A DNA stretch of 63,865 bases, the filler included, from Myxococcota bacterium (GTDB lineage: Bacteria > Myxococcota_C > UBA6777): the NCBI GenBank assembly GCA_023150835.1. It is 3 parts of 3 records of this genome, joined end to end, with 100 filler letters (N's around TTAATTAATTAA, not from the genome) between each part and the next. Parts side by side here need not be neighbours in the genome. Positions count along the whole stretch, not along the records: positions 1 to 21,933 come from JAKLKB010000122.1; positions 22,034 to 43,674 come from JAKLKB010000123.1; 1 more part is not named here. The stretch is one strand, 5' to 3'. The translations under genes and the position numbers were made by a program. Under the pieces are notes generated by a model, which worked only from the letters and a program-made list of their open reading frames with translations, did not search any database and was not told where the DNA came from. Below, one piece after another: positions 19,239-26,929 of this stretch. Within the stretch, counting starts at the first letter, position 1; every line of letters begins with the position of its first letter.

Positions 19239-21509
19239 GTGGAGAAAAAAGGACTGATGGAAGAATTAGAGCAGTTGGGCAAGCTGCACCAAGCAGGTGT
19301 GCTTTCGGCTGCGGAGTTCGAGGCCGAGAAAACGGGGATCTTGTCGCGATTGCGTGCGTTGCGAGAAAAGAGCCATCCCGCAGGCGAGAGCAGCGGTGTT
19401 CACGGCGGAGATGCTTTTCGGACGGGTGCTGCGGAGGTTCAGCCAGCAAGAACACCTGCACCGTTGTTTTCTCCCGACCCAGCGGGATCAGGGGTTTGTG
19501 GGGTGATCGGGGAGCGGTATCGATTGGTGAGGATGCTCGGTCGGGGCGGCATGGGTGAAGTGTGGTTGGTCGAAAACTTCCGATTGGCGCGAGTTTTTGC
19601 GCTGAAGTTTCTGGCAAGTGAATTGGTGGGATCGTCGGAAGCTTTAGCGCGGATGCATCGAGAATACGAAGTGCTTGAAAAGTTGTCGCACCCAAATATC
19701 GTGCGCGTGTTCGATATGGATCAAGACAAAGAGAGCAGCCGGTGGTATCTGCGGATGGAATATGTGGAAGGCGAAGACTTGGGGAAAAAAATCGCTTTGG
19801 CTTCGAAACAAGGGCAGAAGCCGTTGTTTGCGATGCAGCAGATCGTGGGTTGGTTGGGGCAACTTGCAGAGGCGCTGGATTATGCCCATCAGCGGGGGAT
19901 CTTGCATCGCGATATCAAACCCGCGAATCTGATGCTTACAGCCGATCAGCATCTAAAAGTGATGGACTTTGGGATCGCACGCGTCGTCAGTGGAACGCAT
20001 ACGACCCAACACACCGCGATGATGGGGTCGATGTATTACACCGCCCCTGAGTTGCTGCGTGGTCAAGCAGCCACCCCGTCAACGGATATCTATTCGTTTG
20101 GCGTGTTGGTGTACGAGCTGCTAACGGGCAATTTGCCTGTGGGACGGTTTGCACTGCCATCTTCGTTGGTGGCGGGGTTGCCGAAGCGTGTCGATGATGC
20201 TGTCGAACGAATGTTGATGATGGAGCCTAAACAGCGGGGAGAATCGCTGCGCGAAGTGTGGTTGCCTTTGCGGGACGCGCTTGGTGGACAGCCCACGCAA
20301 TCCGTTGTTCTGCAAAAAACAGATCCACCACCGACGAAGACGGAGGCGACTACGCCGCCACCCGCGAAGCCGACGCTCGGGAAGAAAGGGGTGGTAGAGG
20401 AAAAGTCGGAAGAGAAAAAGAATCGGGAACTTGCGGAGGAGCGACGCGAAGCGAATGCCTCGCAAGAGCGCACGGGGCGGAAAAAGAGCGGCTGGGGGCG
20501 GTGGGTGGCTGCGTTCGTGGTGTTGGGGTTATGTGGCTGGGGCGTGGTGTGGGGTGTGGGCGTGTACCAAGAAGCGCAAAGACGGGAAGAAGCGCAAAGA
20601 CGGGAAGAAGCGCAAAGACGGGAAGAAGCGCAAAGACGGGAAGAAGCGCAAAGACGGCAACGAAATTCGCGGAGTGATGGCAAGGTCAAGCGTGTGTTTC
20701 AAATCGGGGATGCGGAGTACAAGACGCGATGGATTCCAGCAGGGGAATTTGTGATGGGGAGTCCGTCGAATGAGCCGAATCGAAGCTCAAACGAAGGGCC
20801 ACAGCGGACGGTGCGGATCAGTGAGGGATATTGGATGATGGAGAACGAAGTGACGCAGGGGCAATGGAAAGCAGTGATGGGAGCGGCGAATAACCCACCG
20901 AGTTTTTCATCGTGTGGGGACAAGTGCCCGATGGAAAGCGTGTCGTGGCATCAAGCCGCAGCGTATGCGAACAAGCTGTCGAAGAAGCAAGGCGTGGAAG
21001 AGTGCTTTACGTGTCGTGGCGAGGGAAAGGGCATACGGTGTGACGGATTGGGAAACAAGGGGAGAGATTATGTGAAGTGCAAGGGATGGAGGTTGCCAAC
21101 CGAGGCGGAGTGGGAATACGCAGCGCGAGCAGGAACAACGAAGGCGTATCACACAGGGGATTGTATCTCGGCAGCACAAGCGAACTACAACGGGAACTAC
21201 CCCGAAACGAATTGCGAGAAGGGAGAGTACCGGAAACAGACGATAGAGGTGTGCGGCTTGGTGCGGAACGCATGGGGGTTGTGCGATATGCACGGAAATG
21301 TGTGGGAGTGGGTGTATGATGGGTACAAGGACACAGCCTATCAGGAGCTAGGAGCCGTTGATCCAGTCTACGTAGCAGCGGCGTCGTACCGCGTCTTACG
21401 GGGCGGTAGTTGGTACTACTACGCGCAGTTCTTGCGGTCAGCGTATCGCTCCTGGTTCGCGCCTACGGACGCCAGCAACTTTCTCGGTTTTCGGTTGCTC
21501 AGGCATTGA
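19239..21509 (+). CDS. SHOCT - Ser/Thr kinase - TM - FGE-sulfatase (CLec) receptor; candidate DGR target
   Basis: N-terminal SHOCT-like helix (LEQLGKLHQAGVLSAAEFEAEK). Intact kinase (LGRGGMGEV, ALK, HRDIKPAN, DFG, APE). TM helix and REEAQR repeat. FGE domain (IPAGEFVMGS, EVTQ, RLPTEAEWEYAARAG, DMHGNVWEW, RVLRGGSW...GFRL). Start is GTG 19239 (after GGAGG) or ATG 19257. Confidence 0.92.
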   Translation: MEKKGLMEELEQLGKLHQAGVLSAAEFEAEKTGILSRLRALREKSHPAGESSGVHGGDAFRTGAAEVQPARTPAPLFSPDPAGSGVCGVIGERYRLVRMLGRGGMGEVWLVENFRLARVFALKFLASELVGSSEALARMHREYEVLEKLSHPNIVRVFDMDQDKESSRWYLRMEYVEGEDLGKKIALASKQGQKPLFAMQQIVGWLGQLAEALDYAHQRGILHRDIKPANLMLTADQHLKVMDFGIARVVSGTHTTQHTAMMGSMYYTAPELLRGQAATPSTDIYSFGVLVYELLTGNLPVGRFALPSSLVAGLPKRVDDAVERMLMMEPKQRGESLREVWLPLRDALGGQPTQSVVLQKTDPPPTKTEATTPPPAKPTLGKKGVVEEKSEEKKNRELAEERREANASQERTGRKKSGWGRWVAAFVVLGLCGWGVVWGVGVYQEAQRREEAQRREEAQRREEAQRREEAQRRQRNSRSDGKVKRVFQIGDAEYKTRWIPAGEFVMGSPSNEPNRSSNEGPQRTVRISEGYWMMENEVTQGQWKAVMGAANNPPSFSSCGDKCPMESVSWHQAAAYANKLSKKQGVEECFTCRGEGKGIRCDGLGNKGRDYVKCKGWRLPTEAEWEYAARAGTTKAYHTGDCISAAQANYNGNYPETNCEKGEYRKQTIEVCGLVRNAWGLCDMHGNVWEWVYDGYKDTAYQELGAVDPVYVAAASYRVLRGGSWYYYAQFLRSAYRSWFAPTDASNFLGFRLLRH
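21390..21503 (+). other. DGR variable-region-like segment (VR) of the kinase-CLec gene
   Basis: Colinear, gap-free 114-nt alignment to the TR at 39573-39686. Hand count: 20 of 32 TR adenines differ versus 18 of 82 non-adenines, the latter mostly at codon third positions. Confidence 0.6.
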
Positions 21510-21765
21510 GGTTTGGCGTTTTACCGTTTCAGGGTTTGCGAGGACTTAGGGGATGGAAAGGGGAGGTGGTAGGGAAGAAGAAACGGAGCGAAGGCGGAGT
21601 AGCGCGAAGAAGCGAAGCCTGAAGCGCACGGAGACGGAGCGGAGCGGTCGGGGAAGGGGGGTTTGGGGGGGGGTCCCCCCCAAGCGGGCGGGAAACGGTG
21701 AAGTGATTGCGGACAGGCAGAGGGTTTGGGGGGAGAGATGCGGACAAGAAGGAGTGTGGGAAGGT

Positions 21766-21933
21766 GATGACGAGTTTTTTGGGTGGTGTGGAGTACCAAA
21801 ATAGGTTGATGACAGGTTTTTTGGGTGGTGTGGAGTGCCAAAATAGGCTGATGACAAGTTCGTTTGGGTGGTGTGGAGTGCCAAAATAGGCTGACGACAG
21901 GTTTTTTGGGTGGTGTGGAGTGCCAAAATAGGC
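21766..21933. repeat. 42-43-bp tandem repeat, at least 4 copies, truncated by the contig end
   Basis: GATGACAGGTTTTTTGGGTGGTGTGGAGTGCCAAAATAGGCT-like units at 21766, 21808, 21850 and 21893. Confidence 0.9.
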
Positions 21934-22033
21934 NNNNNNNNNNNNNNNNNNNNNNNNNNNNNNNNNNNNNNNNNNNNTTAATTAATTAANNNNNNNNNNN
22001 NNNNNNNNNNNNNNNNNNNNNNNNNNNNNNNNN
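21934..22033. other. Artificial contig-joining linker
   Basis: N44-TTAATTAATTAA-N44, a six-frame stop spacer. Confidence 0.98.
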
Positions 22034-22158
22034 GTAGAAACTGTTTGCTTTGAAAAAAGCAGCCGTCAAAGCGAACAGTCCGGAGCAGAAACCTCGTTAC
22101 GCAGGGAAAAAACAGTCGTGTTGTCAGCGAAACGAATCGATTGAGTTGGTCCAAGTGC
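22034..22158. mobile_element. Partial MITE-like element (family D) at the contig start
   Basis: 125 bp with one mismatch to 43884-44008. It ends at ...GAGTTGGTCCAAGTGC and abuts a half family C REP. Confidence 0.6.
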
Positions 22159-22227
22159 CACAGGGGGCTGCCCAAGGATCGGGCGTCTGTGTACGATCTT
22201 ACGATCACACACCACTCGGAGATCGTA

Positions 22228-23802
22228 TCACCAACCGCCACCGTCTCCACCGCCACCCCAGTCCCCACCGCCGCCCCAGTCTCCACCGTCTCCACCGCCG
22301 CCCCAGTCTCCTCCGCCGTCTCCACTACTCCCCCAATCGCCACCATCGTCCCGGCCTCCGCCGTCATCCCAACCGCCATCACCACCGCGATCGTCAGAAG
22401 CGTCGTCGTAGCCGCCTTGATCATCGTAGCCGCCTTGATCATCGTAGCCGCCTTGATCATCGTAGCCGTCTTGTCCGTCATCATACGCGCCATCGCCGTA
22501 TCCATCAGCACCATCGCCCCATCCGTGATCGTAATCGGCGCTGTAGCCGTAATCTGCGTATGCGCCTTCTTCGATGCCGTGGTAAAAGTCACCTGCAAAA
22601 CCATCGTATTCACCGAAGTATCCGTGATCATAGGCATCGACGAAGGGAAGACTGTTGTCGACGTAGATCCCGTCGTATCCGTAATCCACAAAGCCATCGT
22701 GGAACCACGGGTCATGGATCAAAAAGTCTTCGGCGTAAAAGGCGGAGCCAAGGGCATAACCCCACGGATCAAGGACGTAGACATAAGGCAGATGCCATGA
22801 GTGGTTAAACAACATACAAGAGAAAAAGGTGTAAAGCATAAAGTCATAATAGGGATCGTAGTAGTAGACGTTGTAGACATCAACGTAGAGGGGTTGTTGG
22901 TGAAGAGGGCGATGTGTGCGCACCATCGAACGGCGGCGGCGACGGGGTGAGGTCTCTTCACGGCGCAAGCGACGGCGGCCACGCGGAGCCTCAGCGCGAT
23001 CCTCGCGACGCGCACCGTGCCGTTCGGGAGGTGGGGGTGCAGCGTAACGTGTGAAAGCATGTGCGCGGGGGGCGGGGCTTTGGGGGTTGAGATCGCGCAT
23101 ACGCGGGGGTTGGACTTGGTTTCCGAAGCGCAGATTGCGGAAGTTTCCGACCTGCTGGGGGGTGAGCTTTTGAAGGCGAACCGTCACAGGCTCGTGATGG
23201 ATCTCGGCGTTGGGGAGGGTATCGCGCAGGTGGGCCGCGACGCGCTGCGTGATGGATTCGAGGGCTTTGCGCGACCAATCAAGGCGTGAGGGATCTGCGG
23301 AAAATTCGCGCAGCCGTTCGCTATAATGGCGGGCATCTTCGCCTTTTTGGATCTGGAGTTGAAGCAAGCGAGCGGAAACCTCGGTTTGGATCGGAGCTTC
23401 TCCTGCGAGGGCGTCTTGATCGGCGCGGATATCAAACAAGACGCGCAAGCCTTCTTCTTCGTGGCTGAGAAGGATGTGCATATTCCCAAAGGGTTTTTGC
23501 AAGAGATTCGAGCGTTGTGCGGCGCGCATCATCTCGTCGAGATCGTGCTCACGTTCTTCGGTGTCGAGATAGACAGCGGATTGATCGATCTCCAAAGCGA
23601 TCGCGTTGTCGATGCCCGAAGCGCCGTAAGCGCGTGCGATCCGCGTAAGCAAGTCAAGACCTTGTTGGACGGGTTGGGCTGTTTCTGGCGTCCATTGGCG
23701 GCGACGGCGTGCGCGTGGGCTGTCGTCTTCTTGGCGAGACGCGCTTCGGCGTGTCGGTCGGCTGCTTTGTTCGAGTTGGATACGGATCTTGGCGTGAAGC
23801 AT
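22228..23802 (-). CDS. Hypothetical protein with Arg-rich insertions and a Gly/Asp/Tyr-rich low-complexity C-terminal tail
   Basis: 524-aa ORF from MLHAKIRI, with a Tyr-rich hydrophobic segment and (G)GYDDQ and GGDWGGG repeats. Confidence 0.7.
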   Translation of the reverse strand: MLHAKIRIQLEQSSRPTRRSASRQEDDSPRARRRRQWTPETAQPVQQGLDLLTRIARAYGASGIDNAIALEIDQSAVYLDTEEREHDLDEMMRAAQRSNLLQKPFGNMHILLSHEEEGLRVLFDIRADQDALAGEAPIQTEVSARLLQLQIQKGEDARHYSERLREFSADPSRLDWSRKALESITQRVAAHLRDTLPNAEIHHEPVTVRLQKLTPQQVGNFRNLRFGNQVQPPRMRDLNPQSPAPRAHAFTRYAAPPPPERHGARREDRAEAPRGRRRLRREETSPRRRRRSMVRTHRPLHQQPLYVDVYNVYYYDPYYDFMLYTFFSCMLFNHSWHLPYVYVLDPWGYALGSAFYAEDFLIHDPWFHDGFVDYGYDGIYVDNSLPFVDAYDHGYFGEYDGFAGDFYHGIEEGAYADYGYSADYDHGWGDGADGYGDGAYDDGQDGYDDQGGYDDQGGYDDQGGYDDASDDRGGDGGWDDGGGRDDGGDWGSSGDGGGDWGGGGDGGDWGGGGDWGGGGDGGGW

Positions 23803-23917
23803 CGCAAATCCTTTCGTTAGGGGCCGCACATCGGCGGCTTGGCAAAGACGTAGAAAACGGGAAGCGTCCTTCATCCTTTCACCAGTCGCTGTTCGCCGAA
23901 TACAGGCCCTTGTCGTA

Positions 23918-24856
23918 TCAAGGGGTGCGCCAGCCTTTGGGTTTGACAGCAAGGATCGGCGTATCGACGGAGGCAAGGATGCGCTCTGCGGTATTGCCCA
24001 TAAAAAAGCCTGTAATACCGGTACGAGCGACGGTTCCCATGATCAACAAGTCGATGTTTTTTTGTTCGCAAAACAGTTTGGTTTGTTTTTCGATGGGGTG
24101 ATCCACGAGAAAGACGTGCCAGCCTTTTCGTTCTTCTCCAAGAAGAGCATCGATCTTTTTCTTGGCTTCGTCACGAACGGATTGACGGTAAGCTTGGACG
24201 GCTTCTTTTCCGTTGGCTTCGTGGAGAGCAGCGATCGCGCCCGGGTATTCGAGGGCATGGAGCAGATAACGCTCCGATCCAACGAGAGCAGCAAACGAGT
24301 TTGCGAGTTCGATGCAACGTTCACTGGCGCTGGAGAAGTCGGCAGGGACGAGGATATGCTGGAGGACAGGCGTGGCATCGTGCGGAGAGACCACCCAAAC
24401 GGGCGAAGGGCAATAACGCAGAAGCCGCTTGGAAGTGCTGCCATGAAAGAGCCGATCAAAGGCCGATTCGTCGCGATGGAAGCAGACCATCAGCAGATCG
24501 TAGCCGTCTTGCGCGGTGGTTTGGATCAAGCGTTCGCTGGCGATGCCTGTTTCGATGCGATAACTTGCGTCGATACCGAATCCTTTGGCGGAGTCCGTGA
24601 TCTCTTGGAGAAGGGGTTCCGAACGTTCGCGGATCATCTCGTGAAGGCTTTTTTCTTGGCCGACGACTTCGGAGTCAGCCCCTTCGATGGCGTGGAAAAA
24701 AGTCAGCGAAGCCCCCGTTTGTTGGGCATACCAGCGAGCTTGTGCGATCAGTGCGATATCACCTTGGACGATGCGTAGCTCTGGAGCAAAGGGATTGTCG
24801 CTCAAAGATACGCCGACAAGAACACGTTTAGGGAGGGCCGTCAACTGCTCGTTCAT
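23918..24856 (-). CDS. Universal stress protein with tandem USP domains (UspE-like)
   Basis: HGSTSKRLLRYCPSPVWVV, ILVPADFS, DLLIMGTVARTGITGFFMGNTAERIL...ILAVKP. Confidence 0.92.
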   Translation of the reverse strand: MNEQLTALPKRVLVGVSLSDNPFAPELRIVQGDIALIAQARWYAQQTGASLTFFHAIEGADSEVVGQEKSLHEMIRERSEPLLQEITDSAKGFGIDASYRIETGIASERLIQTTAQDGYDLLMVCFHRDESAFDRLFHGSTSKRLLRYCPSPVWVVSPHDATPVLQHILVPADFSSASERCIELANSFAALVGSERYLLHALEYPGAIAALHEANGKEAVQAYRQSVRDEAKKKIDALLGEERKGWHVFLVDHPIEKQTKLFCEQKNIDLLIMGTVARTGITGFFMGNTAERILASVDTPILAVKPKGWRTP

Positions 24857-25042
24857 GCGAAATTCTCCTTGTCTTTTTTGCAAAGTGCGTGAGTCGTGAT
24901 CTCGCGTCGTGCGCTGGGTGCGTGCATCCAACCGTGGTGCGTCTTGATGGACAGCCCATTCGTTTTAACTGTGGACGGATTGTTTGCGCAAGATGCGACG
25001 TGCCTTTTTGTATGGTTTCTTGCGCGAATGCGACGTCGCGTG

Positions 25043-26419
25043 TTAAGGGCGGGGCCAGAGTTCGAGGATCGCAAGCATCGCGTCCTGATCGCCGCCGTGT
25101 TGTGGCTGCGGTGCTTGCGTGGTTTGAAGATCGGCGGCACAAGTCGTCCCTCCAAGAACAAGCAGATTTTCACGCAAGGCCGCCACCGTAAAGTATTGCT
25201 GTCCAGCACAGTTCCCGCCGATGCGTGCGTGAAACAAGGCTGTTTTCAAGGATTCAGAGAGGGCCAATACACCGCTGCTGGCGGTGGCTGCTTGGTTGAA
25301 AGGATTGGAGGGACCGGGGCCTCCCGAGCGGCTGCTGCCTGTGCGTGCAAGATAGACGCGCCCCCACGCATCCACCGCCAAAACAGGGACATGGCTTGCG
25401 ACGAAGGTTCCTGAAACAACGCTGCCACCGTTGTTTGTGTCGATCAAGGCGTACAGACTGGACATCCCACCTGCGCTGTTTTGGTAGGCCCCTTGAGCCC
25501 AGACAGGGTTAAACCCTGCCGATTTCAGATCACGCGGATCTTTGGCGAGAACGGAGTTTCCACCGTCGGTCCAACATTGAACGCCGATGCGCCCTTGGGG
25601 CATCCCCCATGCTTGATAACAGCGGCTATCCGCCGTCAATTTGAGATCGATGGCGTCTTGTACCGCATGGCCCCACAAAGTCCACACTCGTGTTGTGCCT
25701 TGAAAAGCACGGAATATCGGCATTTGTAGATTGCTACCCGCTTGGCGATAGCCCACACGAAAGGTCAGTCCTGTGGGGGGATGGCTGTAGGCGCGCCCGG
25801 GATCACCCGACAGAGGGGGGCGATCGGAGGTGCTTTCTGTATCAAGGGTGTTGGGATCGCCTGAGATACGGCCATTCGCGCCGTTTGCATCGTATTGAAT
25901 CGAAAAGCCCTTGCCTTCAGCGATCATGCTGCCATCTGCGGCAAAACGGATCGAACGGATGGTTTGATTGCCTTTGCCACCCGCATACGTGAGAGCGATG
26001 AGTTTCGGTTGGAGCGCAGGAGCGGGCGTGGTGGGGCGCAGCACCTGCAAGGTGTTCGGATCGCTCGGAGGATAGAGATGTACGTTGGCTGTAGGCATTC
26101 CATCCGCCAGATGTTCGGTCGGCGGAGCCTCTTCGGAAGATATCTCGGGGGTAAGCGTTGTGTCTGTTGTCTGGCCTTCGGTGTCGCTTTGCTCGGTGAG
26201 ATGGGGATCTTCGGCTTGGGCCTCGGAGGCAGGAGTCTCGGTAAGAACAATCTCCTCAAAGGCAGGCTGCTCAGCAGGCGACGAATCCACAAGCGCAGCC
26301 TCTTGTCCCGCATCATCGGTATGTTCTGAGGTGGGCGTGTTGGGTGGACAAGCCCAGCACAAGAAACAACAGAGTATCGCCAAAAGGCCCAAGAACAAGG
26401 ACTTGTTGGTTTGTCGCAT
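25043..26419 (-). CDS. Hypothetical lipoprotein with acidic linker and beta-rich domain
   Basis: Signal peptide ending CCFLCWAC, an E/P/T-rich linker, then a Gly-rich beta-propeller-like region (LAVDAWGRVYL, HGGDQDA). Confidence 0.68.
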   Translation of the reverse strand: MRQTNKSLFLGLLAILCCFLCWACPPNTPTSEHTDDAGQEAALVDSSPAEQPAFEEIVLTETPASEAQAEDPHLTEQSDTEGQTTDTTLTPEISSEEAPPTEHLADGMPTANVHLYPPSDPNTLQVLRPTTPAPALQPKLIALTYAGGKGNQTIRSIRFAADGSMIAEGKGFSIQYDANGANGRISGDPNTLDTESTSDRPPLSGDPGRAYSHPPTGLTFRVGYRQAGSNLQMPIFRAFQGTTRVWTLWGHAVQDAIDLKLTADSRCYQAWGMPQGRIGVQCWTDGGNSVLAKDPRDLKSAGFNPVWAQGAYQNSAGGMSSLYALIDTNNGGSVVSGTFVASHVPVLAVDAWGRVYLARTGSSRSGGPGPSNPFNQAATASSGVLALSESLKTALFHARIGGNCAGQQYFTVAALRENLLVLGGTTCAADLQTTQAPQPQHGGDQDAMLAILELWPRP

Positions 26420-26929
26420 ATGCAAACCGCTCCCAAACATCTGCAAAAACCAAAACGACTCCAAAAGATCGACGCTATCTTTCGGCTTTCAGTCTTCCAC
26501 GATCCTTTTTTCCGCACAATCGGACCAAAAACAAGAGCCGTCACAATTATTTCGGACGTGGGACAACGCGCCATAAAACAACCCCAACAAATGATACGAC
26601 GCCTACGACGCGTGAAAAATATGTGAAGGGGCTTCGCAAACAATTCAAAGATCGAAGCCACAGAAGGCTCGTTTGGAGGGGGCGTTGGTGTCCGTGATTT
26701 TTTGATACGACGCACGCCGACAAAATTCTCTCCTAACATGAGAGTGGCGCAGTGACCCAATCCCCCGTGTTCGCGACCGTACAAGCGAGAGAGTCGTTTG
26801 ATTGAAAAACGATGCTCTGTTCGCCAACACAGGGTCAAGGGAGCCGCGCTCCCTTGTGGGGCGTGGGGCAAAGCCCCGCAACACAAACCAACCGTGTCAC
26901 TCTTGTCCTCAAAAAGAAGCGGAGGCCGT

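Noticed and set aside
21766-21933. Possible CRISPR array (regular 42-43-bp period)
   Set aside because: The units are head-to-tail and near-identical, with no unique spacers and no cas genes, so this is a tandem repeat.
21934-22033. TTAATTAATTAA palindrome within N runs, and the ORF 21978-22715 crossing it
   Set aside because: This is an artificial contig spacer repeated at 43675-43774. ORFs and gene linkage across it are not biological.
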